Of a stretch of DNA of 64,000 nucleotides, positions 18,949-28,110 are shown in pieces. The translations under genes were made by a program, and so were the position numbers. The stretch is from Terrimicrobiaceae bacterium (lineage in GTDB: Bacteria; Verrucomicrobiota; Verrucomicrobiia; Chthoniobacterales; Terrimicrobiaceae). Below the pieces are notes generated by a model. That model did not search any database, was not told the DNA's origin, and saw only the letters and a list, made by a program, of their open reading frames with translations. Numbering within the stretch: position 1 is the stretch's first letter; each line of letters begins with the position of its first letter. The DNA is taken from contig JBMOHW010000001.1 of NCBI GenBank assembly GCA_049317665.1, forward strand, positions 17,144 to 81,143, written 5' to 3'.

Positions 18949-20318
18949 ACCGTGGACTCACCATATTTCTCGTCGCGTTGGCGGTTGCCTTGGGGGGATT
19001 CGTCGTTATTCGCTCGGCCATGCGCCAAGAGCCCGGCAAGCCACCCGGCTCGGCTTTGTTTGACTTTGCTCCTGACGAAATCCGGAATGTGGTCATCACA
19101 AATGGCGACGCGGCATTGGATTTTCGTCGCACCGACAAGGGGTGGAGCATCAATCCCGCCCCGATCGACCGGGCTTCGGCGGAGGCGATTCGGAACCTGA
19201 TGAAGCTGGCCCTCGAGACGCCAGTGCTCGATCGGATCGATGCGGGCGAGATCAAGGATCCCGAGAGCCTCGCGAAGTATGGACTCAACAAAAGCCGCCT
19301 CCAGCTCGATTTCAAGGGAGACGGAGATCATCCGCTCCTCTTCGGGAAAGACTCGGCGGACGAGGCTCGGGTCTATGTGAGATTTCAAAATTCTCAAGAT
19401 GTCTACCTCGTCGATGACCGGCTCTTCCGCGCCATTTTCCGACCCATCGAGGAATTCCGCGACCGAAGACTGAGCAACCTGCGGGCTGAGCGGATTGAGC
19501 GGTTTGTCATTCGCCGTCCGGGTGGCGAAATCGAGATCCGTCGGACAGCCGCCGGATGGCGAATCGTGCGCCCTCTGGACGCAGCGGCGGATGACGAGGC
19601 CGTGACGAAACTTTTGAATCAAGTCCTTGGCCTGAAGATTCAGGCTTTCCTGGATGCCGAAGCGAGCGAGTCGGGAAGCCAGGATCTCCCCGAGCCTTTC
19701 GCCGAAGTGCTCCTGTTTGCTGAGGGGGAGGCGGAGCCGGAGGTGTTGAGTCTGGCTACCCCGAGACCCGAGGGAGGCGTGTTGGGCCGTTTCAGTGCAC
19801 GGGATGTTACAGTTCTCCTGCCCGATTTGGCGTCGAAACTGGTCACGACCGATCTGCAGACTTTGCGCGATCGTGCGCTGGCCCGTGTGAATCTCGACCT
19901 TGTCGATAGGATCCGCGTCGTTTCGAAGGGACGGAAGTTCGTCGTCTCCCGCAAGGCCGGCGAGTGGGAGGTCCAGGATGGTCCGAAAGTCGGGAACGCG
20001 AGTGGAGCGGCCGTCGACCGTCTGGTCGAGGCTCTTCAAGCCGCCCGTGTGCAGCGTTTCGAGCCGACAACCGTGGCCAGTCTTGCCAAGTATGGATTGG
20101 ACTCCCCGGAGCGTGAGGTCGAGTTTCTCTCGGTCGTTTCGGAAAATACTCCGGAGTCCCCCGCCGGGGAGCAGAGCATCCTGGCGATCGCCTTCGGATC
20201 GAAATCCGTCGATGGAATGATTCCCGTGCACATTTCCAACTCTCCCGAAATCGCCTTTGTCCCCCCGTCGATCCTCGACTCGCTCCCTGTCGAGGCATCG
20301 TCATGGGTCTCGCCCTGA
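18945..20318 (+). CDS. DUF4340-like protein
   Basis: ATG at 18945 forms an ATGA overlap with the GldG-like stop. It has an N-terminal TM helix (LTIFLVALAVALGGFVVI). It occupies the fourth position typical of ABC/GldF/GldG/DUF4340 clusters. Confidence 0.6.
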   Translation: MNRGLTIFLVALAVALGGFVVIRSAMRQEPGKPPGSALFDFAPDEIRNVVITNGDAALDFRRTDKGWSINPAPIDRASAEAIRNLMKLALETPVLDRIDAGEIKDPESLAKYGLNKSRLQLDFKGDGDHPLLFGKDSADEARVYVRFQNSQDVYLVDDRLFRAIFRPIEEFRDRRLSNLRAERIERFVIRRPGGEIEIRRTAAGWRIVRPLDAAADDEAVTKLLNQVLGLKIQAFLDAEASESGSQDLPEPFAEVLLFAEGEAEPEVLSLATPRPEGGVLGRFSARDVTVLLPDLASKLVTTDLQTLRDRALARVNLDLVDRIRVVSKGRKFVVSRKAGEWEVQDGPKVGNASGAAVDRLVEALQAARVQRFEPTTVASLAKYGLDSPEREVEFLSVVSENTPESPAGEQSILAIAFGSKSVDGMIPVHISNSPEIAFVPPSILDSLPVEASSWVSP

Positions 20319-20375
20319 CCGCGGGATTGATTTGCCATTGCGAACAGATCCGTTTTTCCTACCGATCCTTACTCC

Positions 20376-23120
20376 ATGACGTCCGCTGCCATTCGCCAAT
20401 CGTTTCTTGATTTTTTTCAGAAGAAAAACCATAGCATCGTGCCCTCGGCGAGTTTGATGCCCGATTCGCCGAACCTCCTCTTCACGAATGCCGGGATGAA
20501 CCAGTTTGTCCCGATCTTTCTGGATCAACAAAAATCCGACGTCTCGCGCTGGGCCGGGGCGATTCCCGGGTCGGACACGCGGGCCGCCGATACGCAGAAG
20601 TGCATTCGCGCGGGAGGCAAACATAACGACCTCGACGACGTCGGGCTCGACACTTACCACCACACATTTTTCGAGATGCTCGGGAATTGGTCGTTCGGTG
20701 ACTATTTCAAAAAAGAAGCCATCGAGTGGGCATGGGAACTCGTTATTGAACGTTGGAAGTTTCCGCCGGAGCGGCTCTATGCAACGATCTATCAGCCCGG
20801 TCCTGGAGACCCTTCAGAGCGCGACGAGGAAGCGTGGTCGATCTGGGCGGAGAAGTTTCGCTCGGTCGGTCTTGATCCTGCCGTGCACATCGTTAATGGG
20901 AACAAGAAGGATAATTTTTGGATGATGGGTGAGACCGGGCCGTGCGGGCCCTGCTCCGAGCTTCACGTGGATCTGACTCCCTCCGGCGATACGCTCGGTC
21001 GGTTGGTCAACCAAGGTTCTCCCGAATGCATTGAGATCTGGAATCTCGTCTTCATTCAGTTCAACGCCAATGCCGACGGCACATTCGTCCCGCTGCCGGC
21101 GAAGCATGTCGATACCGGGATGGGTTTTGAACGCGTCACGTCGATCATCCAGGGGACAAAAAGCTTCACGGACTTTCGGAGCGCCAAGATCTCGAACTAT
21201 GAGACCGATATTTTTCGTCCGATTTTCGACGAGATCGAGAAGCTGAGTGGCCTCACCTATGGCGGCACGCTGCCGGCACCGGGTTCTTCAGGGTCGAGTG
21301 ATCCGGAGAAGACCGATGTGGCCTTTCGGGTGATCGGCGATCACATCCGCACTTTGTCATTTGCGATTGCCGACGGCATCCAGCCGGGAAACTCCGACCG
21401 GAACTACGTGCTCCGCCGGATTCTCCGCCGCGCGGTCCGTTACGGTCGGGTTCTTGGTTTCCGTGAACCGTTTTTTTACAAACTCGTGGCGGTGCTATCG
21501 CGGACAATGGGCGACGTTTTTCCCGAGATTCGCTCCAAGCAGAAGCACGTCGAGGAGGTTTTGCGACGCGAGGAGGAGGCTTTCAACCGAACATTGGATA
21601 ACGGGCTCAGCCTGTTTGAGAATGAGGTGAACCGCTTGATCTCCGCCGGGTCCTCGTCGGAACGAACGATTTCCGGGGAGTTTGCTTTCCGGCTTTATGA
21701 CGAGCAGGGATTTCCCCTCGACCTGACCGAGCTCATGGCTCGCGAGCGTGGGCTCGGGGTTGATACGGCGGGTTTTGAAGTCCTTATGGAGGCCCAGCGC
21801 AGTCGGGCCCGGGCAGCTCAAAAAAAGACGGTCATCGAGGTCTCCGAAATCGAATCGAAGGAGGCGACGCGCTTCGTCGGATACGACGCCTTGGCCACGG
21901 ATGCGAGAGTCATGGAGGTCGTTTCGCTAAAGGGCAAGACCGCGTTGGTTCTGGATACCAGCGTGTGCTACGCCGAGATGGGTGGACAGGTTGGGGATAG
22001 CGCCGTCGTTTCGCGAGGAGCAGATTCCTGGCGGGTTGTCGGCACTCAGAAAATGGGAGCCACTTGGTTGCACCTTCTTGAGGGGACAGAGGCGCCCGAG
22101 AGTGGTGCAGAGGTGACGCTCGAGGTGGACCTTGCCCGCCGCCGCGCTATTGAACGCCACCATACCGTGACGCATCTTCTCCACTGGGCTCTGCACGAAG
22201 TGGTCTCGCGGGAGGCCTCGCAGAAGGGCTCGTTTGTTGGTCCGGACAAGCTGACTTTTGATTTCAACAGCGCCGCTCTCACGCCCACGCAGGTTCGAGA
22301 TATCGAGCGGATCGTCAACGAGCGCATCGTCGAAAATGCCACCGTGTCGTGGTCCGAGATCGCCTACGCCGACGTGCGAGGGCGGGCTGACGTGATGCAG
22401 TTCTTCGGCGACAAATATGGAGACTCGGTCCGAGTCGTCCAGATCGGTGGTGCTCCGCGGGCCTTCAACGGGTATTCGATGGAGCTCTGCGCGGGAACCC
22501 ACACGCGGGCGACCGGCGAGATCGGGCTTTTCCGCATTTCGTCCGAGGCGGCCATCGCCGCCGGTGTGCGCCGCATCGAAGCCGTGGCAGGACTCGAGGC
22601 CTTCACCTCAGCCGTCCACGACTCGGCACGGCTGAGTGCGCTGGCTATCCAACTCAGTTGCCCGGTGGGCGAGGTGGAGAAAAAAATGGAGGGTCTTCTC
22701 TTGCAACAGAAGGAGCTGGAAAAAGCACTCAAGTCGGCCCGACTCCGCGAGGCGGCCCGCCGGGCGGATGAGCTTTTGGCAAATCAAGAGTCCCTTGCCG
22801 GGCATCCCTTCCTCGCTGCCAACCTAGGTGCCATTGACGGGGACGAACTCCAATCGGTCGCCGACTCGCTAAAGGGGCGATTTGAGGGCATCGCTGTCCT
22901 GGTGGGCGTTTCAGGGGAATCTGTCTCGTTGGTTGCAACAGTCGCTCCCGCCCTGATCATCAAGATCGCTGCAGGAAAAATCATCCAAACCATTGCGCCG
23001 ATTGTCGGTGGGAAAGGCGGTGGAAAGCCAGACGCGGCCCGTGGTGGGGGTAAGGATTCCCAAAAGGTCCCCGAAGCCCTCGCGCAGGCACGCGTTCTGG
23101 TCGCTCAAGCCCTTGCCTGA
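20376..23120 (+). CDS. alaS: alanine--tRNA ligase
   Basis: 914-aa ORF. N-terminal MTSAAIRQSFLDFFQKKNHSIVPSASL, FTNAGMNQF, FFEMLGNWSFGDYFK, editing-domain HTVTHLLH, C-terminal DHHA1-like GGKGGGKPDAARGGG. Confidence 0.97.
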   Translation: MTSAAIRQSFLDFFQKKNHSIVPSASLMPDSPNLLFTNAGMNQFVPIFLDQQKSDVSRWAGAIPGSDTRAADTQKCIRAGGKHNDLDDVGLDTYHHTFFEMLGNWSFGDYFKKEAIEWAWELVIERWKFPPERLYATIYQPGPGDPSERDEEAWSIWAEKFRSVGLDPAVHIVNGNKKDNFWMMGETGPCGPCSELHVDLTPSGDTLGRLVNQGSPECIEIWNLVFIQFNANADGTFVPLPAKHVDTGMGFERVTSIIQGTKSFTDFRSAKISNYETDIFRPIFDEIEKLSGLTYGGTLPAPGSSGSSDPEKTDVAFRVIGDHIRTLSFAIADGIQPGNSDRNYVLRRILRRAVRYGRVLGFREPFFYKLVAVLSRTMGDVFPEIRSKQKHVEEVLRREEEAFNRTLDNGLSLFENEVNRLISAGSSSERTISGEFAFRLYDEQGFPLDLTELMARERGLGVDTAGFEVLMEAQRSRARAAQKKTVIEVSEIESKEATRFVGYDALATDARVMEVVSLKGKTALVLDTSVCYAEMGGQVGDSAVVSRGADSWRVVGTQKMGATWLHLLEGTEAPESGAEVTLEVDLARRRAIERHHTVTHLLHWALHEVVSREASQKGSFVGPDKLTFDFNSAALTPTQVRDIERIVNERIVENATVSWSEIAYADVRGRADVMQFFGDKYGDSVRVVQIGGAPRAFNGYSMELCAGTHTRATGEIGLFRISSEAAIAAGVRRIEAVAGLEAFTSAVHDSARLSALAIQLSCPVGEVEKKMEGLLLQQKELEKALKSARLREAARRADELLANQESLAGHPFLAANLGAIDGDELQSVADSLKGRFEGIAVLVGVSGESVSLVATVAPALIIKIAAGKIIQTIAPIVGGKGGGKPDAARGGGKDSQKVPEALAQARVLVAQALA

Positions 23121-23133
23121 GCGCGACGAATCT

Positions 23134-24945
23134 TTACCCGATCTTTGTCCCAGCGCGTTTGCGCATGTTCGCGTCGAGAATTTTTTTGCGGAGGCGGAGC
23201 GACTTCGGCGTGACCTCGACGTATTCGTCGGGGGCGATGTATTCGAGGGAACGCTCGAGGCTCATGACAAGAGGGGTCTGGAGTGAGATTCCCTTGCCAT
23301 CACCCTGGCTACGCATGTTCGTCAGCTTCTTGGCTTTGCAGGGGTTGACGGGCATGTCGTCTGGGCGTGCATTTTCGCCGATGATCATTCCCTCGTAGAT
23401 TTCCTCCTGCGGCCCGATGAAGAGGCGTCCGCGCTCTTGGATCGTATCGAGGGCGTAGGCCATGCTGATTCCGCCTTCCATCGAGACGAGAACACCGTTG
23501 TTCCGGCTCGGGATATCTCCCTTGTGCGGGCCGTATTCTTTGAAGAGGTGGCTTGCGATTCCGTGGCCCTTGGTCACGTTGACGAGATCGGTCTCGAATC
23601 CGATAAGTCCGCGGGTCGGTATGACCGCTTCGACAAGCACGCTGTGGGACTTGTGCTCCATGTTGGTGATCTCCGCCTTGCGGCCGGCGAGAGATTGGAG
23701 GATGTCGCCGAGATTGTCGGTCGGGACGTCAACGTAGAGAGTCTCGAGCGGTTCGAGGATCGCGTCCTTTTCGTCGCGTTGAAAGATGACTTCCGGACGG
23801 GATACAAGAATTTCGAATCCCTCGCGGCGCATTTGTTCTACGAGCACGGCAATCTGCATTTCTCCACGGGCCTTGACCTCGAAGTGTCCTGCGATTTCGG
23901 TGTCGTTCACGATGATCGAGACGTTCGTTCGGGTTTCACGGATGAGCCGGTCGCGGATCTGGCGGGCGGTGAGGAGCTTGCCGTCGCGTCCGGCGAGCGG
24001 GGAGTCGTTGACACAAATCTTCATCGCGATTGTCGGAGGATCGATATCGACAAATGGCAGGGCCTCCCGGTCTTCGGAGTCGGTGAGGGTTTCACCAATG
24101 AAAACTTCCTCGAAGCCGGTGATGCCGACGATGTCGCCGGAGAGCGCTTCTTCGATTTGCACTTTTTCGAGACCCTCGTGCCCGAAGATGGCCGTGACCT
24201 TGCCCTTCGCCTTGCGTCCGTCCTTGTGGATACAAACGATGTTCTGTCCGGTTTTTACCGCACCGCTGATGATGCGACCGTAAGCGATTCGACCGAGGTA
24301 GTCGCTGTAGTCGAGGTTCGAAACGAGCATCTGGAAGAAACCGGCATCGGACGCCTTCGGGGCCGGGATATGCCACGCGATCGCCTCGTAAAGCGGAACC
24401 ATGGTGTCGCTCGGATCGACGAGTTCGCGCTTGGCGTAACCGTCACGGGCACTGGCGTAGATGTGCGGAAAATCCAGTTGCTCGTCGGTGGCATTGAGCT
24501 CGATGAAGAGCTCGAAAACCATGTCGAGAACCTTGTGCGGGCGGGCATTTTCCCGGTCGATCTTATTGATGACAACGATGGGCTTGAGTCCGTTTTCCAT
24601 CGCCTTGCGGAGCACGAATTTCGTCTGGGCTTGGGGACCGTCGTGAGCGTCGACGACCAGAAGCACGCCGTCCACCATCTTCATGATGCGTTCGACTTCC
24701 CCGCCGAAATCAGCATGGCCGGGGGTGTCCACGATATTCACATGGTATCCGTTCCAGCGAAACGCGGCATTTTTTGCGCGGATGGTAATGCCTTTTTCTT
24801 TTTCGAGGTCCATCGAGTCCATCATGCGGATCTCGGTTTTTTGGTTGGCTCGGAACGTCCCGGCTTGTTTGAGCAATTGATCCACGAGGGTGGTCTTGCC
24901 GTGATCGACGTGAGCGATGATTGCGATGTTGCGAATTTTATCCAT
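23134..24945 (-). CDS. typA: translational GTPase TypA/BipA
   Basis: ORF 23134..25011, trimmed to MDKIRNIAIIAHVDHGKTTLVDQLL. G-domain motifs DTPGHADFGGEV and NKID. About 603 aa. Confidence 0.95.
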   Translation of the reverse strand: MDKIRNIAIIAHVDHGKTTLVDQLLKQAGTFRANQKTEIRMMDSMDLEKEKGITIRAKNAAFRWNGYHVNIVDTPGHADFGGEVERIMKMVDGVLLVVDAHDGPQAQTKFVLRKAMENGLKPIVVINKIDRENARPHKVLDMVFELFIELNATDEQLDFPHIYASARDGYAKRELVDPSDTMVPLYEAIAWHIPAPKASDAGFFQMLVSNLDYSDYLGRIAYGRIISGAVKTGQNIVCIHKDGRKAKGKVTAIFGHEGLEKVQIEEALSGDIVGITGFEEVFIGETLTDSEDREALPFVDIDPPTIAMKICVNDSPLAGRDGKLLTARQIRDRLIRETRTNVSIIVNDTEIAGHFEVKARGEMQIAVLVEQMRREGFEILVSRPEVIFQRDEKDAILEPLETLYVDVPTDNLGDILQSLAGRKAEITNMEHKSHSVLVEAVIPTRGLIGFETDLVNVTKGHGIASHLFKEYGPHKGDIPSRNNGVLVSMEGGISMAYALDTIQERGRLFIGPQEEIYEGMIIGENARPDDMPVNPCKAKKLTNMRSQGDGKGISLQTPLVMSLERSLEYIAPDEYVEVTPKSLRLRKKILDANMRKRAGTKIG

Positions 24946-25063
24946 AGTAGGTGACCCGAATGAGAGCGGGTGCGGACTATGCGAAGACCCGGGCCGCGTG
25001 TCAATCTGCACCTTCAGCGCCGCACCGATTGGCTGGCGCTTTCATCATTCATGTGGAAGGCCT

Positions 25064-26872
25064 TTAGGTTTGTCGTCTGCGTCGGCGCGCAAGAAAGAAC
25101 AGCGCTCCGGCGGCAAGGCTCAGGAGAGCGATGGTCGATGGTTCGGGCACGGGGGTGATTTCCCGAAGTTGAACCGTGAGAACTCCGCCATATTGATCCA
25201 TCGGGATTGAGACGCCATTGTTTCCGAAGCGGTCGTCATAAGGGTTGGAGTAAATGGCCCCAACCGAGGGAACGCCGTTGGTGACATTCTCAGAGTTTAG
25301 CCAAAGGTATTTTCCAATCGGATTAAAGCCGTCCGTGGCCGTCGTGTTGTAAGCGTAGGACTTATCCTGAAAAATGTTCCAGGACGGGATATCTCCAATC
25401 TGGGTCGTGGTGAAGTTTCCCGTGCCATTGCTGGTATTCCCAAAAGCCCCGACCATCGCGAGTTCCTGGAAGTCTCCCAAGACACGCTGAACGATTTGCC
25501 CGTAGGGAGCCGATTGCGATCCATTACCCCCGCTAGCAATCGTTGAGTCCGGGCCGCCTTGGCTCCCGTTTCCTCCACCGCCACTCGATCCCCCGTTGTA
25601 AAAATCTGTCGAAAAGGCATCCCACGCGGTCGAATTGCCACCAAGCGTCACGATCACGCCCGGCAATCCCACATTGCCGGTGGAGAGATACCCGTAGAAA
25701 CTCTCGGTGCCACCGGCAACGGTAATCGTGAGCGGACTCGACTCGCTGCCATAAGTGAGAATATCGGTCGAGTTCCCGCTGAATCCGGGGGTCACTGCAG
25801 TGACCGTTCCCGTGAACGTGATCTGATAGGTGTTGTTCGCCGAGGAACTGAAGGAAGGCTTAAACGATGTCGATACCAAGTAGTTGGTGGCGTTGGCTGA
25901 GATTGAACTGATTGTTCCAGTGAATCCCTGGCTTTGAACGTAATCGTGGGACGTTGGGTTCTCTCCGCCCGGACGGTTCGTCAGCAACGGTGTGGAGAGG
26001 TTTCCCGACACCGCGTTTGCGATAACCGTGGGATACTCTTCATAGAATCCGGTGCCTTGGGCGATATACGAGGCCCCCAAGACGCCCGCAACGAAGGACC
26101 CGTTTCCTCCCGCCGAAGGCGGAGGCGGGCTGGTCGCCGTCGTGGCGGACACTACGTTAGCTGGAGCTTGCTGCGAAGCGAGGTAGGGGAGCATGTCGCT
26201 CGTGTAGCCTGTGAATCCCACTGAGGCCGTGTTGTTGGTCGTCGTCCCGGCATATTGCAACTTCAGCGCCGATCCGATGTTGTTGATCGCTGTCAGGTCG
26301 GCATTGTTGTAGGTGCTTCCGGGAACGTAAGTGAACTCGACGTCGGTATAGCGGATGGAAGCCGTCGGTCCTGGAGGAAATGTCGCATTGATCGTGTTCG
26401 TGCCATACTCGATATACATGTTTTGACCGTTGATTTCGGAGATGCTGAAGCCACTCCCTCCTTGGTTCAACTGGCTCACTGTGAAGCTCGGGCTCATGAC
26501 GTGGGTATACGTCGTGTTTCCATACGTCCAATGCGTGGTCGTGGTCGAATAGGCGAGCGTTTGGCCGGCGATGGAGGCTGTAAAATTCCCGGCTGCCGAC
26601 CCTTGGAAGCTGACATAAATATTCGTGTCCGAAACCGTCGGACCGTTGCTCCACACTCCGTAGGTGCTGTTTCCAGGGCTCGGGAAGGTGCCCAAATACT
26701 GTGTGTCGAATTTGACGGTCAGATTTTGAGAGAAGGCCCCGACGTGTCCCAGCAGGACGGCAATCAAGGTGAGGAGAGTTACTCGAATGGGCCGCGCGAG
26801 CTGGCAGGGAATCGAATCGGATTTTTCGCGGCACTGGCCCGGAGTTGAAGAATGCGAGCCGAGTTCCTTCAT
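25064..26872 (-). CDS. large secreted Thr/Ser/Gly/Asn-rich protein with PEP-CTERM anchor
   Basis: ORF 25064..27058, trimmed to ATG 26872. Hydrophobic signal segment IRVTLLTLIAVLLGHVGAFSQ. C-terminal VPEPSTIALLSLAAGALFFLARRRRRQT. The N-terminal third (NIYVSFQG..., NMYIEYGT, IRYTDVEFTY...ADLTAINNIG) loosely resembles a GH64/thaumatin-like beta-1,3-glucanase fold pattern (weak inference). Confidence 0.7.
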   Translation of the reverse strand: MKELGSHSSTPGQCREKSDSIPCQLARPIRVTLLTLIAVLLGHVGAFSQNLTVKFDTQYLGTFPSPGNSTYGVWSNGPTVSDTNIYVSFQGSAAGNFTASIAGQTLAYSTTTTHWTYGNTTYTHVMSPSFTVSQLNQGGSGFSISEINGQNMYIEYGTNTINATFPPGPTASIRYTDVEFTYVPGSTYNNADLTAINNIGSALKLQYAGTTTNNTASVGFTGYTSDMLPYLASQQAPANVVSATTATSPPPPSAGGNGSFVAGVLGASYIAQGTGFYEEYPTVIANAVSGNLSTPLLTNRPGGENPTSHDYVQSQGFTGTISSISANATNYLVSTSFKPSFSSSANNTYQITFTGTVTAVTPGFSGNSTDILTYGSESSPLTITVAGGTESFYGYLSTGNVGLPGVIVTLGGNSTAWDAFSTDFYNGGSSGGGGNGSQGGPDSTIASGGNGSQSAPYGQIVQRVLGDFQELAMVGAFGNTSNGTGNFTTTQIGDIPSWNIFQDKSYAYNTTATDGFNPIGKYLWLNSENVTNGVPSVGAIYSNPYDDRFGNNGVSIPMDQYGGVLTVQLREITPVPEPSTIALLSLAAGALFFLARRRRRQT

Positions 26873-27120
26873 GAAGGGACGATTCCACATCAAGGACGGG
26901 GCGTCAAGTGTGCCAACACGAAAATGCTTACGGATGTCCCACCCAGTTGCACCATCGATTGACGCTGGCCTGTGATGCGATGTATTCCGGTGACATGCCG
27001 AATGTGCCGCAGCGTCCACCGTGGGTTCCTGACGAGGGCGCACGAGCCTTTGCCACATCGGTGATGCCGGGACTGGAATACTCCGATCCGTCTCCGGCGC
27101 CGGTTAGTCATTCGCGGCGG

Positions 27121-28110
27121 ATGCCTGGCGTGGACGATCTGGTCACAGGCATCTTCGGCGGCGACCGGGCGATTCTATCTCGTGCGATCACGCTGATCGA
27201 GAGCAACGCCCCGGCGCACCGACCGATGGCGAGAGACGTCCTCCGCAGGCTTGGCGAGAGGCCCGGATTTTCGCATAGGGTGGGAATCTCCGGCGTGCCG
27301 GGCGCTGGGAAAAGCACGTTTATCGAGGCACTCGGGAATCACCTGTGCGACAGCGGCCATCGGGTCGCGGTCCTCGCCGTCGATCCGAGCAGTTCACTGA
27401 CGGGTGGCAGCATTCTCGGCGACAAGACCCGCATGGAGACCCTATCCCGGCGGGAGGATTGTTTCATTCGGCCATCACCCTCCGGCGGTGCCCTCGGCGG
27501 GGTCGCCCGGAAAACCCGCGAGACGATCGCGGTGTGCGAGGCCGCCGGTTTCGATGTAGTTCTCATCGAGACCGTCGGCGTCGGTCAGAGTGAGATTGCC
27601 GTGCGCGCGATGGTTGATTGTTTCTTGCTTTTGCTCATCGCCGGAGCCGGTGACGACCTTCAGGGAATGAAGAAGGGGATTTTTGAAATCGCCGATATTT
27701 TGCTCATCAATAAGGCCGACGGAGAAAATCGGATCCGCGCCGAAGCGACCCGTCTGAATTTCGAAAGGGTCATCCATTTTCTGTGTCCGGCAACGGTCGG
27801 GTGGGAGCCGCCAGCCCTCACGGTTTCCGCGATCTCACGCACCGGTATCTCTGAGGCGTGGGCGGAGGTGGAGAGTTATTTTTCCCACATTCGCTCCGAC
27901 GGGCAATTTGGTGCCCGCCGCCGCGAGCAATCGCTGGCTTGGTGGCGCACACTCGTGGAGCAAGAACTCCGAATCCGCTTTCTTGACGACCCAACCGTCG
28001 CCGCGCTTTCCAAGCAGCTCGAATCCGATATTCTGTCAGGAATCCTCGCTCCCTCATTGGCGGCCGAGGAAATCCTGAAGCTACTCTCCTTCACCCCCAC
28101 ACCCCCATGA
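27121..28110 (+). CDS. meaB: methylmalonyl-CoA mutase-associated GTPase MeaB
   Basis: Internal ATG 27121 of ORF 26908..28110 (alternative start 27064). Motifs GISGVPGAGKSTFIEALG, VLAVDPSS, GGSILGDKTRM and NKADG are typical of MeaB/ArgK. Confidence 0.9.
   Translation: MPGVDDLVTGIFGGDRAILSRAITLIESNAPAHRPMARDVLRRLGERPGFSHRVGISGVPGAGKSTFIEALGNHLCDSGHRVAVLAVDPSSSLTGGSILGDKTRMETLSRREDCFIRPSPSGGALGGVARKTRETIAVCEAAGFDVVLIETVGVGQSEIAVRAMVDCFLLLLIAGAGDDLQGMKKGIFEIADILLINKADGENRIRAEATRLNFERVIHFLCPATVGWEPPALTVSAISRTGISEAWAEVESYFSHIRSDGQFGARRREQSLAWWRTLVEQELRIRFLDDPTVAALSKQLESDILSGILAPSLAAEEILKLLSFTPTPP

Noticed and set aside
18681-20231. 516-aa minus-strand ORF
   Set aside because: Antisense to the GldG-like and DUF4340-like genes, which are in an operon with coupled starts. 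The translation is Arg/Gly/Leu-rich with no domain signature.
23437-24954. 505-aa plus-strand ORF
   Set aside because: Antisense to typA (unambiguous GTPase motifs on the minus strand). A classic long shadow ORF.
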